Counted from the first letter of the stretch, positions 1 through 11,662 are shown. The stretch is 64,000 nucleotides of DNA from Leptospiraceae bacterium (GCA_040217195.1 JAVJNR010000008.1:32001-96000), one strand, 5' to 3'. Translations and numbers: made by a program. The notes: generated from the letters alone by a model not told the origin.

Positions 1-553
1 ATATGGGGACTTCAGCATTCAGGTTTTTTCAACTACTATCGATGACAAGTTGCATGTAGCCCTTGTCAAAGGCGATGTGACCGGAAAAGAGAATGTTCTG
101 GTCCGGGTTCATAGCGAATGCCTCACAGGGGATATTTTTCATTCCGAAAGATGTGATTGTGGAGAGCAGCTGGACCGGGCTTTGCATTTAATTGCAGAAA
201 GAGGCGAAGGGGTTCTGTTATACATTCGTCAGGAAGGTCGGGGCATTGGACTTCTAAACAAGATTCGAGCTTACAACCTGCAAGATGAAGGTCTGGATAC
301 AGTGGAGGCCAACGAAAAGCTGGGCTTCAAAGCCGATTTGCGAGATTATGGAATAGGCGCTCAGATCCTTTCCTCTCTGGGCCTGAGCACCATCCATCTA
401 TTGACAAACAATCCTAAAAAGGTTGTTGGATTAAATGGATACGGTCTGCAAATTACGGATCGGGTTCCAATTACTATTCCACCCAGAGAAGCGAATGAAA
501 AATATCTTCGCACAAAAAAAGAAAAGCTGGGACATCTTTTTGACTTCGTTTGA
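1..553 (+). CDS. ribA: GTP cyclohydrolase II (RibA, or C-terminal domain of RibBA); 5' partial
   Basis: [33 protein letters not shown] motifs. The frame is open back to the window start ([18 protein letters not shown]...). Confidence 0.95.
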   Translation, partial: YGDFSIQVFSTTIDDKLHVALVKGDVTGKENVLVRVHSECLTGDIFHSERCDCGEQLDRALHLIAERGEGVLLYIRQEGRGIGLLNKIRAYNLQDEGLDTVEANEKLGFKADLRDYGIGAQILSSLGLSTIHLLTNNPKKVVGLNGYGLQITDRVPITIPPREANEKYLRTKKEKLGHLFDFV

Positions 554-797
554 TTCTGGTCGGGTCAACGTGGATGAAAATACATGTTATATTGAGCCCG
601 ATGGTCCCTGGGTTACTCTGCTTGATAGGGATTTCAAATCAGCAGAATCGGATATTTGCTGCGAGCCTCTCATACCCTGCAAGAGTCATTGATAGAATCA
701 AGTTTCGAGAATTCCTGCTTAAAGGCCACTTTCTTTATTAGGAATTGCATTTCAGTTCAGTCCCAAAGGATGCATGCTGAAAAACGGATTTTTTAAA

Positions 798-1106
798 TCA
801 GCCAATAGGTTCCACGCGAACCTCGATACCAATGCTTCGAATATCTCCGGCAACCTTTCTTGCGCTTTCTTCATCTCCATGAAAGACTTCTGCCTCTCCA
901 TTATTGTCTACAGCCAGAGCAATCTGAAGCGCCTCCTCAAAGCCAATGCCCAGTGCTTTCATACAGATTCGGATTACCTGCTCATAGGTATTGTAGTCAT
1001 TATCAATTATGGTTACCTTGAATATCTGATCCGGCTTTTTCTCTTTTTGGCCTTCAATTCTGAGTCCGGGGTTTTCCCGGGCCAGGGGAGCGGAATCTGC
1101 AGACAT
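798..1106 (-). CDS. clpS: ATP-dependent Clp protease adaptor ClpS
   Basis: C-terminal 102 aa of ORF 798..1754: FKVTIIDNDYNTYEQVI...AVDNNGEAEV matches the ClpS core. Start assigned to ATG at 1106. Confidence 0.85.
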   Translation of the reverse strand: MSADSAPLARENPGLRIEGQKEKKPDQIFKVTIIDNDYNTYEQVIRICMKALGIGFEEALQIALAVDNNGEAEVFHGDEESARKVAGDIRSIGIEVRVEPIG

Positions 1107-1160
1107 TGCTGGAATTTGCACTTGCAGTAACGAAGGCACGGAGAAAAACGAATCAAGTCT

Positions 1161-1694
1161 ATGCAAAGCCTCTATGGATTTCTCAAGCGAAATGCCGTTA
1201 CTCTGGTACTCTTTGGTGCTGTACTGGCCTTTGTAGCTTATCAGAAAATTCCACTTTATATGGCGAACAAGGCTGCCATGGAAAAGCCGCCTGCGGAGTT
1301 CCAGGCTTCTTCTATCGACGGAGAATCGTTTAACCTGGAAGATCTTAGAGGCAAATTCGTGGTGCTCAGTTTCTGGGCCACCTGGTGCATGCCGTGCAGG
1401 GCCGAGATTCCCATACTTAATTCTGTGTTCGAAGAGCTTCACGATGAGGGCCTGGTGATTCTGGGTATTACCGCCGAGGAGCAGTCTGTAGTTCAAGATT
1501 TTTTGAAGGATCGTGCGGTATCCTATCCAGTTATTATCGATGAATATGGTTCCATCACAAATCGCTATGGTGTCCGGGCCTTTCCAACTCTGGTGATGAT
1601 AGATCGGGATGGGCAGATTGTGGATCGGGCCACAGGCCTGGATTTCCTTTTGAAGTGGAAATTGCGAAACCGGGTCACCGGCAATTATTTCTAG
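1161..1694 (+). CDS. TlpA/ResA-family thiol-disulfide oxidoreductase
   Basis: N-terminal membrane anchor, FWATWCMPCRAEIP CxxC motif, cis-Pro loop AFPT. Confidence 0.9.
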   Translation: MQSLYGFLKRNAVTLVLFGAVLAFVAYQKIPLYMANKAAMEKPPAEFQASSIDGESFNLEDLRGKFVVLSFWATWCMPCRAEIPILNSVFEELHDEGLVILGITAEEQSVVQDFLKDRAVSYPVIIDEYGSITNRYGVRAFPTLVMIDRDGQIVDRATGLDFLLKWKLRNRVTGNYF

Positions 1695-1858
1695 AACAGA
1701 TCGTCTGCCAGGGTTGAATCTTTTTTGCTCAGTGAGCATGTGAGCTAATGGCACTGCCGGCCGCTTATGATTCTAGTTTTCTACTCTCCAGGAATTGCAT
1801 TGTCCTCCCATAGCCCCGCACTTCTCTGGACATAATCTCATTCTAGAGAGGTCGAAGT

Positions 1859-3748
1859 ATGAAGGAACCCGGTACAGCGCATCCGCAGGAAAAAATCGCA
1901 GTTCTGGATTTTGGAGGGCAGTACGCTCATCTCATCGCATCCAGGATTCGCCGGATGGGTGCCTACACTGAGATCGAATTTCCAGATCAGTTCGATGCGG
2001 CTCGAGCAGCCAGTTATCATGGAATTATTCTTTCCGGAGGACCGGAGTCCGTATATGAACCGGGGGCGCCTTCCATTGACAGCGAAATACTGGCGATTGG
2101 CGTTCCTGTGCTGGGCATTTGTTACGGCCACCATCTAATGATGCACAGCCTGGGCGGAACTGTGGTTTCTTCTGGCAGCCGAGAATACGGAGCGGCCCGA
2201 ATCCACTGGAATGGCGATCCAGATCAAAGGGGTATCTATAGCAGCCTGCCGGATGAAGCAGTAGTCTGGATGAGTCACGGCGATGAAGTGGAAGAGCTTC
2301 CAGATGGATTTGAAGTAATCGGTTCTACTCCAGATTGTAGATTTGCAGCCCTGGGCGATCTTTCCAGAAACCTGTTTTCGATTCAGTTTCATCCAGAGGT
2401 TTCGCACACCGAAATTGGTGACGATCTGCTTTCCAGATTCATTGATGTTTGTGGATTACGCGGCACCTGGCAACTGAAGGATTTCCTGAAAGCAGAGCAG
2501 GATCGAATCAAAGCCGATACCACAGGACGGAAGGTTTTCTTCCTGGTTTCTGGCGGTGTGGATTCTACGGTGGCCTATACTCTGCTTGCGGAATCTATGC
2601 CGGGAGATCATCTGAAGGGACTATTGGTAGATACCGGATTTCTGAGAAAGGATGAAGCCAATCAGGTACGAACCGCAATCAAGAATCTGGGCCTGGATTT
2701 AATGGTCCACGATGCATCCGAGGAATTCTTTGCTGCTCTAGAAGGGCAATTTGAGCCAGAGATCAAGCGGAAGATTATAGGTGATCTATTTCTGAAGGTT
2801 CAGGCTGAATATGCGAATAAGCTGGGCCTGCAAAGCGAAGAGTGGATACTGGGACAGGGAACTATATATCCGGATACCATCGAATCCGGTTCCACCAAAT
2901 CTTCGCATACGATTAAGACTCACCATAATCGAGTGGAAGCCATTGCCAGGATGATAGAGGAGGGGCGCATAATTGAACCCCTGTCAGAGCTCTATAAAGA
3001 TGAAGTCCGGCAACTGGGCCGACTGCTGGGATTGCCCGAGCATCTAGTGGATCGACATCCCTTTCCCGGACCCGGGCTGGCAGTGCGATGTCTGTGCACT
3101 CCTGAGGATCCGGAGAATCATGCAGGATATGAACAGCGTTCTGTGGATCTTCGAACTCTGGTCGAAAGTAGCGGTGGGATTCAGGAGTTGCTGGAGGCCA
3201 CCGGTATTGAAGGACAGTTGCTGCCAGTGCTTTCAGTGGGAGTGCAGGGAGATAAAAGAACCTATGCTCATCCCGTAGTTCTTTTTCAGGCTGCGAAGGA
3301 AAGTAAAGAAAGTCAATTCGACTCACTTCTAGAACTGGCTACAATGATTCCCAATCGTTTATCTAAAGCCAATCGAGTTGTTCTTTCCGCCAGCAATGTA
3401 AGCTCCTATTTGCTTAAAGCCGGCCAGGATCTAAATCGATCCAGAATTGAAGCACTTCAAATCGCAGATGCCATAGTAAAAGATTTTCAGGAAGAAACCG
3501 GTCTATATCAGGAAATCTGGCAATTTCCGGTGGTTCTATTGCCGGTGTATCGCACGGATGATTCTCAGAAGAGGGAATGCATTGTGCTTCGACCTGTGGA
3601 TTCCAGGGATGCCATGACCGCCAGTCCTTTTCTTATGGAGACTTCGCAGCTCCAGGATCTTTGCAATCGAATCCTGGACACAGGTCGATTCGGAGATGTG
3701 CTACTCGATTTAACCAGCAAGCCCCCTGGAACTATCGAATGGGAATGA
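1859..3748 (+). CDS. guaA: GMP synthase (glutamine-hydrolysing)
   Basis: LDFGGQY, GICYG, QFHPE, SGGVDS, IKTHHN, HPFPGPGL and the C-terminal KPPGTIEWE. Confidence 0.97.
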   Translation: MKEPGTAHPQEKIAVLDFGGQYAHLIASRIRRMGAYTEIEFPDQFDAARAASYHGIILSGGPESVYEPGAPSIDSEILAIGVPVLGICYGHHLMMHSLGGTVVSSGSREYGAARIHWNGDPDQRGIYSSLPDEAVVWMSHGDEVEELPDGFEVIGSTPDCRFAALGDLSRNLFSIQFHPEVSHTEIGDDLLSRFIDVCGLRGTWQLKDFLKAEQDRIKADTTGRKVFFLVSGGVDSTVAYTLLAESMPGDHLKGLLVDTGFLRKDEANQVRTAIKNLGLDLMVHDASEEFFAALEGQFEPEIKRKIIGDLFLKVQAEYANKLGLQSEEWILGQGTIYPDTIESGSTKSSHTIKTHHNRVEAIARMIEEGRIIEPLSELYKDEVRQLGRLLGLPEHLVDRHPFPGPGLAVRCLCTPEDPENHAGYEQRSVDLRTLVESSGGIQELLEATGIEGQLLPVLSVGVQGDKRTYAHPVVLFQAAKESKESQFDSLLELATMIPNRLSKANRVVLSASNVSSYLLKAGQDLNRSRIEALQIADAIVKDFQEETGLYQEIWQFPVVLLPVYRTDDSQKRECIVLRPVDSRDAMTASPFLMETSQLQDLCNRILDTGRFGDVLLDLTSKPPGTIEWE

Positions 3749-3993
3749 TCTGAGACGTGGTTGCTCCGGCAGATAGTTGCCAGACCTTTCTGATTTAATG
3801 AGTTACCGACTCCAAAAACGTCCGTATCATTTTTGGACTTCCTGGACCATTATCAGAAAACGTAGCCTCTTTTTTTTCGGGACTGCTTTTGGCCTGGCGA
3901 AACGATCCTGAAAATCAGTCAGTGCGACGACATTCTAAACTGCATTTAGATTCCCTGAATTGACTGAGCAATTTAAAAAAAAGCGAATGTCAA

Positions 3994-4860
3994 CTAGGCG
4001 AAATACTTCTCCAGATCTGTGGCAAAAGCTGGTAATGCAAAAGCAGCCTTATGAGTGGCGGGATTCCAGAAACGAAAATCCTGGGCGGTTAATTCAGACT
4101 CATTATATCTTTTTTCCAGGTTGATAAATGGATCTGGTCCGTTCTGACCTTTGGCAAAAAAGGTAAATCCGATCATGCCTCCTGGATAGGTGGGCACTCT
4201 AGTATTGTAGTAGAACCGTCGTTGATAGAACTTCGCTCCGTACTGAAGCAATCTTTCTATGATGTCTCGGTGCATGTAAATGTTCTCTGCCTGAGTGGCA
4301 AGAATGCCTCCTTCTCGAAGGGAGGCGTAGCAACTTTCGTAGAACGCTTCACCGAATAGCACAGCTGCCGGTCCTACAGGATCGCTGGAATCCACCAGAA
4401 TCAAATCATAGGTTTCCGGATGGTCTTCAGCCCATTTAGCGCCATCTTCATAGAAGCATTTCACTCTTGGATCATCAAAGCCCGAAGCAATGGAAGGCAG
4501 GAATTCTTTGCTAACTTCAACTACACGACGGTCTATTTCACATAGATGAATTTCTTCCAGATCTTTATGCTTGCACAATTCGCGAATGGTGCCACCATCT
4601 CCGCCGCCAATGACCAGGGCCTTTCTGGGGGCTGCATGGGCAAAAGCCGGCACATGGGCAATCATTTCATGATAGGCGAATTCATCGAACTCTGTGGTCA
4701 TGATCACATCGTCAAGAACCAGCATTTTGCCGCAGTAAGCTGTTTCCAGAACATCGATTTTTTGATATTCGCTGGTCTCTGAGTGAATCGTACTTTTGAT
4801 TCGAAGTTGTAGCCGCATATCTGCTGCTATTTCCAGATTTTCGGTGAACCACAGTTCCAT
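3994..4860 (-). CDS. speE: polyamine aminopropyltransferase (spermidine synthase)
   Basis: LWFTE start, DEFAYHEMIAH, LVIGGGDGG, CEID, DSSDP, PTYPGG. Start at MELWF (ATG 4860). Confidence 0.95.
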   Translation of the reverse strand: MELWFTENLEIAADMRLQLRIKSTIHSETSEYQKIDVLETAYCGKMLVLDDVIMTTEFDEFAYHEMIAHVPAFAHAAPRKALVIGGGDGGTIRELCKHKDLEEIHLCEIDRRVVEVSKEFLPSIASGFDDPRVKCFYEDGAKWAEDHPETYDLILVDSSDPVGPAAVLFGEAFYESCYASLREGGILATQAENIYMHRDIIERLLQYGAKFYQRRFYYNTRVPTYPGGMIGFTFFAKGQNGPDPFINLEKRYNESELTAQDFRFWNPATHKAAFALPAFATDLEKYFA

Positions 4861-4933
4861 TTGCAACCGATTACAGGGGCCCGTTGGGCGGTAAACTACT
4901 TTCGTAAATACCGGGCCCGGATAGACCTGACCC

Positions 4934-5398
4934 ATGAGCGAAAGACCTTTCCGTATTCTTGGAATTCAGCAAATTGCCATTGGTGGCACCGACAAAGGTA
5001 AGCTGGCTGGCCTCTGGATTGATATGTTTGGCCTGGAAAAAACCAGCACCTACCAGAGTGAAAAGGAAAACGTAGATGAGGATATTCTGCGAATCGGCAG
5101 CGGCCCTCATGCCATTGAAGTGGATATTATGCAACCCATAGATCCTGAAAAAGCTCCCAGAGTCCATGTACCTCCCTTGAACCACATTGGTCTGTGGGTG
5201 GATGATCTGGAGAAGGCTGTGGAATATATGACCGAAAAAGGGATGCGTTTCACTCCTGGAGGAATCAGAAAAGGAGCGGCCGGACACATTGTTTGCTTCA
5301 TTCATCCAAAAGGAAACGAGGAGTTTCCCATGTCCGGAGAGGGTGTGTTGATTGAGCTGGTTCAGGCTCCGGATGATGTAATCAAGGCCCTGGGCTGA
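4934..5398 (+). CDS. VOC/glyoxalase family protein (methylmalonyl-CoA epimerase-like)
   Basis: [14 protein letters not shown]...[14 protein letters not shown]. Confidence 0.85.
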   Translation: MSERPFRILGIQQIAIGGTDKGKLAGLWIDMFGLEKTSTYQSEKENVDEDILRIGSGPHAIEVDIMQPIDPEKAPRVHVPPLNHIGLWVDDLEKAVEYMTEKGMRFTPGGIRKGAAGHIVCFIHPKGNEEFPMSGEGVLIELVQAPDDVIKALG

Positions 5399-5575
5399 TT
5401 TCCCCTATGGCAGCTCCGGTCAGAGGTCATGTAAATACATGGCCTTCCGTTGCTCTGCTGGTGGAATTTGAATCGTGGCAAGTACAGCCGGATTGAGCCT
5501 GTGAGGGCCAGAGGTGGTCTTTTCTCGGCTAGCGGCGCATTGGCCGTTTTAGGCTGATTTAGATGGTAGAGGATG

Positions 5576-5657
5576 TACCCGGAGCGGGACTTGAACCCGC
5601 ACGACCGAAGTCCCAGGATTTTAAGTCCTGTATGTCTACCAATTCCATCATCCGGGC
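5576..5657 (-). tRNA. tRNA-Leu (TAA)
   Basis: Reverse complement GCCCGGATGATGGAATTGGTAGACATACAGGACTTAAAATCCTG...GGTTCAAGTCCCGCTCCGGGTA; long variable arm; CCA not encoded. Confidence 0.95.
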
Positions 5658-5676
5658 ATGGATGGGAAAAAAGAAA

Positions 5677-5752
5677 TGGAGGCGTCGGCCGGATTTGAAC
5701 CGGCGATAGAGCTTTTGCAGAGCCCCGCCTTAGGCCACTTGGCTACGACGCC
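5677..5752 (-). tRNA. tRNA-Cys (GCA)
   Basis: Reverse complement GGCGTCGTAGCCAAGTGG...CTGCAAA...GGTTCAAATCCGGCCGACGCCTCCA; CCA encoded. Confidence 0.95.
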
Positions 5753-5815
5753 CGATGAGTTCAATGACCATAGACGATGGGTAGGGGTCAACCGTAAAAC
5801 GGTGAGGCAGAGAAC

Positions 5816-6907
5816 ATGAAATTCAAAGATATTGCCAGAAGGGTTCGAAATCGAATTCAGCGGGCCGGACAGGGACTCACCGATAGGGGCAAAGAGGCCG
5901 GCCGATCTGTGCGCAGCATCATAGGTACCTTTAGCGATGAATATATAGAATCCGCTTTTCGAAAGGCCAGGGAAACTATTGCTCCAGATCGGGACTTTCT
6001 GCCTGCAGATTTCCAGCTTAGACAATCCTACTGGCCCAGGCGAATCTATGAAAGGATGGTACCGGTAAGTCATGTTTTTCGAATGGGGATGCGATATAAA
6101 CGGGAGCACCTCGAAGATTTCATGCCTATTTCGCCGGATCATTATATAGGCAGAGGTAGCTATAAATTTGTGTACAGTCTTCCCTGGAAGATGGTACTTA
6201 AGATTTCACGGCAGGTTTTACCATCAGATCCAATCTTTGGCTCCATGTTTCGAGAAGTGGATCAGAGACCGGAACAATTCCTGAGTCAGGAGGAGCTGGC
6301 TCTATATGATTTTCTAAGCGAAGGAAAGCGTAAAGGTAGCAGGGATAGACTCTGGTTTCAGTTTTTGCGGCTGGGAATGGAGAGATATCACTATGCCAAA
6401 GTTCGGGAAGCGCTGCCTGATCTGGTACTTCCTACCAAGTTCTTCATGGGTGTGCGATATCGGAAAAAGCCATTTGGAAAAGGGCATTACGAATCCATTC
6501 GGCCCATGGACAGTCAGATCATGCTTGTGGGCAAACATCTCAAAGAGTTTGCCAGCGCGGCGGTGCATTCCGAGCAAAACAAGTTAATGTCCAGGTTCTT
6601 CCCCAGATGGGATTTCGAATTCGATGTAGGAAGATTTGGTCGAGTAAAGAAAAAGGTACTCTTGAAGATTACCGAGGATTTTAGAAGGCTGATCGAATAT
6701 ACGGAAACCCTGGCCAGAGAAGAAAAGCTGATTCTGGACATTCATACAGAGAACTTGATTATTACCCTTCCAGAATTTGAGCTCAAAATATTTGATTTTC
6801 ATTTATTCGATGAGCATCTCTATGAGTCCACAGCCGGCCTGGCCAGCCCCGAGCAAGATCATGTAGCTGTGCTGGAGCGTTTTGTGGAATCTCTGGATCT
6901 ACAATGA
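5816..6907 (+). CDS. hypothetical protein with protein-kinase-like motifs
   Basis: 363-aa ORF with IGRGSYKFVY, MVLK, LDIHTENL and IFDF in kinase order. Confidence 0.7.
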   Translation: MKFKDIARRVRNRIQRAGQGLTDRGKEAGRSVRSIIGTFSDEYIESAFRKARETIAPDRDFLPADFQLRQSYWPRRIYERMVPVSHVFRMGMRYKREHLEDFMPISPDHYIGRGSYKFVYSLPWKMVLKISRQVLPSDPIFGSMFREVDQRPEQFLSQEELALYDFLSEGKRKGSRDRLWFQFLRLGMERYHYAKVREALPDLVLPTKFFMGVRYRKKPFGKGHYESIRPMDSQIMLVGKHLKEFASAAVHSEQNKLMSRFFPRWDFEFDVGRFGRVKKKVLLKITEDFRRLIEYTETLAREEKLILDIHTENLIITLPEFELKIFDFHLFDEHLYESTAGLASPEQDHVAVLERFVESLDLQ

Positions 6908-7067
6908 AATAGGTCCACCCTGAAAATCGAATCCCTCGATTGAGTCCTCCAGTCTGAGGCAGTCGAATGCCTGGCGCTGCTTCCGCGAAATATCCGAATA
7001 GGGGACAGAGGGCCCATCTAAAGCAAAATCTGGATGCCTTCCTGAACAGCAGCGAAACGGTGGCGCC

Positions 7068-7736
7068 ATGACTGCATCCTCTAAATTCAAGGCAGTATTT
7101 TTCGATGTGGACGGTACTATTTTTTCCAGCGAAGGGATTATCCAGCAAGTGTACCATGACAATTTCCTGGCTTTCCAGAATAGAACCGGAAAACCTGAGA
7201 GATTGCCAACCCTGGACGAAATCATGGCTCAGATAGGCAAGCCTGTGCGCACCATCTTTGACAATCTTGTACCGGAACTCAATTTTCAGGAAAAGGAAGA
7301 TCTAAGTAATTCAATACTTCAGGATCTTGTGCAAAGAATTGAAAATGGAAAAGGCCATTACTATGAGGGGATTTCCCGGGCCGTGGAAGACCTGGCTGCC
7401 GCGGGACTGAAAATCTTTGCAGCTTCCAATGGCCGAAAGCCCTATGTAGATGCGATCCTAAAAGCCAGTAGAATTGACTCTCTATTTACTGAAGTGCCGG
7501 TACTCGACTATCAGGAAATTCATACAAAGGTAGAGCTGGTTTCAAAAACCATGGAGAAGCATGGACTACTGCCTGCTGAATGTGTATTGATTGGGGACCG
7601 GGAGTCCGATCGTCAGGCCGCCCTCCAGAATGGAGTGGCTTACGTTGCCTGCGCCTATGGCCACGGAAACTCCGAGGAACACAGGGATGCGATTCGAATC
7701 ATTAAAACTCCCTCTGAGTTATCCTTTCTTATCTGA
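7068..7736 (+). CDS. HAD-family hydrolase (phosphoglycolate phosphatase-like)
   Basis: FFDVDGT motif I, ASNG motif II, IGDRESD motif IV. Confidence 0.9.
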   Translation: MTASSKFKAVFFDVDGTIFSSEGIIQQVYHDNFLAFQNRTGKPERLPTLDEIMAQIGKPVRTIFDNLVPELNFQEKEDLSNSILQDLVQRIENGKGHYYEGISRAVEDLAAAGLKIFAASNGRKPYVDAILKASRIDSLFTEVPVLDYQEIHTKVELVSKTMEKHGLLPAECVLIGDRESDRQAALQNGVAYVACAYGHGNSEEHRDAIRIIKTPSELSFLI

Positions 7737-7935
7737 GCCTGCTGATTGAGCAGCCTGCGCTGAATATTCGCACTTTCTCGATTCTGATTGCCACCATAGA
7801 CGAAAAAAACAATGCACTGACGCGGCATGTCCCGAGTGTATTTTCTTGAGCGATAAAGCGAATCGCTATCAGTATGGTTAATAGTTTCAGTGAGGTTTTC
7901 CCGTCGGGTCAGAGCCATCTGCAGTTTATAGTATT

Positions 7936-10275
7936 CTACACGGAGCCTGTCAGCAATTTTCCTGGAAATTGCCTGGCGTATTGTTCAAAGTCTTGAGCCG
8001 GAAGGGGGCGCGAGAACAGGAATCCCTGCCAGCCGGTTACCGGAGTGAGGCCTCTGATTTGTTCCAGGCTCGCTTGATCCTCCACACCTTCTACAATTAC
8101 ATCCAGGTTCAGTTGCTGTGCTATTAGACCCATGGCCTCAATGACGGCTCTTGAATTTGAGCCAGCAGTAAGCTTTTGTACAAAGACCCGATCGATCTTG
8201 ATTGAATCTACGGGAAATTTGTCCAGGTAGGAGAGTGAGGAGAAGCCTGTGCCAAAATCATCGAAAGCGATAGAGATGCCAGCCTTTCGCAGCTGTTCCA
8301 GGTTGCTTCTAATCACAGGATGATCCATAGCAAGAATAGATTCAGTGATTTCAATTTTCAAGTTTATTGTATCGCATCCGTGGTTTTCCCAGATATCGAT
8401 GGCTCGCATGGCAAAATCTGGATCGGTGAGTTGTCTCACTGATGTATTCACCGAATATAATGCCAGATCCATGTCTGCCCATGCTCGAGCCTGGCGGGCA
8501 ACCTGTTCCAGCATCGTATATCCCAGGTCCAAAATTAAGTCGGTCCTTTCTGCCACTGCAATAAAGGTTTCTGGACCCATAATCTGACCATGGTTATTCC
8601 ATCGAATTAGTGCTTCGCTTCCCAGAAGGCTATTTAAATCGTTGGCAATGATGGGCTGAAAATGGGCAAAGAACTCTCCGGCCTGGAATGCACTCTTGAT
8701 TTGCTGGTGAAGTCTGTAGCCTGAGCCTTCTGTAGAATTAACAGCAGCTCTGGCAATTGAGTATGCATTATCGCTTCGTCTAAGATCCTGCAGGGTGGAT
8801 GCGGCCAGCAAAAAGAAATCAGACAATGGATCAGGATCCTCTAGATTTAAAAGGTGCACCGGAACAGCCACGATCAAAGCTTCCACAGACAATGAATCCG
8901 GTCCCAGTGCCACCGGATCTCTAAGTTTTCCGGATATATCTTCCAGCAGGTCAGACAAACTGCGATTATCCCTTTTCTTGTTATCCAGTAGAATGGCGAA
9001 GCTGTTATCATCCCACCGAGCCACAACACGATCCCGGCCCAGAAGTCCTTCCACTCTTCTTGAAATGATGCGAATCACAGACTCGGCCATTTCGTAGCCT
9101 TCGTTTTCCAGGATTTCCTGCAGGTTTTCCAGAGAAATCAAAACAATGCATCCGCTTGCATACCTTTCCTTTGATCCCTGGAATGTCTGTCTCAAGCCCT
9201 GACGATTCAAAAGCTCAGTTACAGGATCCGTCATTGTGATCTGACGTAGTAACTCCTCTGCCTGATTTCTAAGATCCACTTCTCGTTTGAGGCTCTTATT
9301 GGCTTCCTGTAATTCAGCTGTCCTTGCCTGGATAATGTCCTCCAGGTGATTGTTCATAGCCTCAATGGCATTAAAAGCAGTCTTTTGACCCTTTCGCTGA
9401 AGTGCGATGACCCATGCACTGAGAACAACCAGAATCAGGTACCCCTGAATCGACAAAGCAGTGGTAAACGAATCAGAAGATACAAACGGACCGGCACCCA
9501 TCAACGTAGCAACACTTACGGAAATGCTGTGCAGTATCAATCCAAGCAGAACCCATATGAGTGCGAAGCTGGAGGCAAGGTAGAGTACTGCCGGCACAGC
9601 CAGCAACAGTGAAAGTCGAGTTAGTTCCTGGTTTCCCACAACAAAGAACCAGAGTAGCACCGGCAACAGTACCGCAGTCAAAGCGGTGAGGTAGTGCGGG
9701 ATTCTGGACTTAACTACTACATACTCCTGTCCGGTAATCATGTAGGTAACAAACATCCCTACCAGAAGGACGGATGCTGCCGAACCAATACAGTCTGCAA
9801 TTAGTCGATAGCCCCAGAACAACTCATTGAGTTCGCTGCGGAAGAAGTAATATAGAGGAGCGCTGGTAATAAGATAAAGCACCAGAACAATTGCGAATAG
9901 CCTGCCTAGCTGGGCTGGAGAATCAATAATGCTATTCTTTCGATCTCTGTGAAACAATAGAGCTGCAACAACGTTAGGGACCGCAGCACTTAAAGTCATT
10001 CCCAGGGACCCCAGGGCAAGGTTTACATCGCCCATTTCCGGTGCCCAGATCCATGTACGAACATACAGTGCAAGGCAGTAGAAAATGACTGCATAGTATT
10101 TCGATCTGGCTGTGAGGGCAAAGATGGTTCCCCCGATGAGTGAAAAGATCAAAGGCTGTTCGGTACCGTAGGCTACAGAGGCATAGGTACCCTCGATAGT
10201 AACGACGGTTAGAAGGGTCAGTGCTAGCCAGCCCTTGACCGAATTGAGATTGGCAATACTCTTAAATGGGCCCAC
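7936..10275 (-). CDS. membrane sensor (MASE1-like) / degenerate GGDEF / EAL phosphodiesterase
   Basis: About 290-aa multi-TM N-terminus, coiled coil, TDPVTELLN, degenerate ARWDDNSF, then SEALIRW, IEITES, DDFGTGFSSL, KIDR, EGVE, QG. Confidence 0.9.
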   Translation of the reverse strand: MGPFKSIANLNSVKGWLALTLLTVVTIEGTYASVAYGTEQPLIFSLIGGTIFALTARSKYYAVIFYCLALYVRTWIWAPEMGDVNLALGSLGMTLSAAVPNVVAALLFHRDRKNSIIDSPAQLGRLFAIVLVLYLITSAPLYYFFRSELNELFWGYRLIADCIGSAASVLLVGMFVTYMITGQEYVVVKSRIPHYLTALTAVLLPVLLWFFVVGNQELTRLSLLLAVPAVLYLASSFALIWVLLGLILHSISVSVATLMGAGPFVSSDSFTTALSIQGYLILVVLSAWVIALQRKGQKTAFNAIEAMNNHLEDIIQARTAELQEANKSLKREVDLRNQAEELLRQITMTDPVTELLNRQGLRQTFQGSKERYASGCIVLISLENLQEILENEGYEMAESVIRIISRRVEGLLGRDRVVARWDDNSFAILLDNKKRDNRSLSDLLEDISGKLRDPVALGPDSLSVEALIVAVPVHLLNLEDPDPLSDFFLLAASTLQDLRRSDNAYSIARAAVNSTEGSGYRLHQQIKSAFQAGEFFAHFQPIIANDLNSLLGSEALIRWNNHGQIMGPETFIAVAERTDLILDLGYTMLEQVARQARAWADMDLALYSVNTSVRQLTDPDFAMRAIDIWENHGCDTINLKIEITESILAMDHPVIRSNLEQLRKAGISIAFDDFGTGFSSLSYLDKFPVDSIKIDRVFVQKLTAGSNSRAVIEAMGLIAQQLNLDVIVEGVEDQASLEQIRGLTPVTGWQGFLFSRPLPAQDFEQYARQFPGKLLTGSV

Positions 10276-10421
10276 AATCCGCCTGCCTGCCCGATGTCAG
10301 CACAGGCCGTCTGTAAAATCGAGTGTTTTTCTATAAATATATTGCCTGCTTTGAAACCGCTCAAGCCGACTCTACCGACTGTCCGTGGGAAGGCGCACTC
10401 GGGGGAAAGGGTTGACCGTAG

Positions 10422-11441
<1,020 letters not shown>

Positions 11442-11509
11442 ATACACATTTCAATTCAGTCAGCAGCGCTGGCTGCAGTATTCAGACACAGATTGGGAAT
11501 ACTGGATAG

Positions 11510-11538
11510 GAGCCTCCCGGAAGGGGGGCTTTCTATTT
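11510..11538 (+). terminator. probable intrinsic terminator after mdh
   Basis: Hairpin GAGCCTCCC-GGAA-GGGGGGCTT followed by TCTATTT. Confidence 0.6.
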
Positions 11539-11632
11539 ACTACCGATTCAGTCGGCTGTCTCCGAGTTCGGCAAATGCAGCGATTCAGCCAAAGCCGGTA
11601 AATCATCAAATTCCACGTCCTGGAAAGGGAAC

Positions 11633-11662
11633 AAAAAAGGCCTCCCTGAGGAGACCTTCTTT
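11633..11662 (-). terminator. probable intrinsic terminator after the DsbA-family gene
   Basis: Minus strand reads AAGGTCTCC-TCAG-GGAGGCCTT-TTTTG. Confidence 0.65.

Noticed and set aside
1107..1754. N-terminal 216 aa of ORF 798..1754
   Set aside because: Antisense shadow of the TlpA gene; only the ClpS part is credible.
5400..5575. Genomic island integrated at tRNA-Leu/Cys or tRNA-Lys/Glu
   Set aside because: No integrase, and no duplicated 3' ends of these tRNAs were noticed.
5648..6142. 164-aa minus-strand ORF, and likewise ORF 15254..15505
   Set aside because: They run through tRNA genes and/or antisense to a real CDS.
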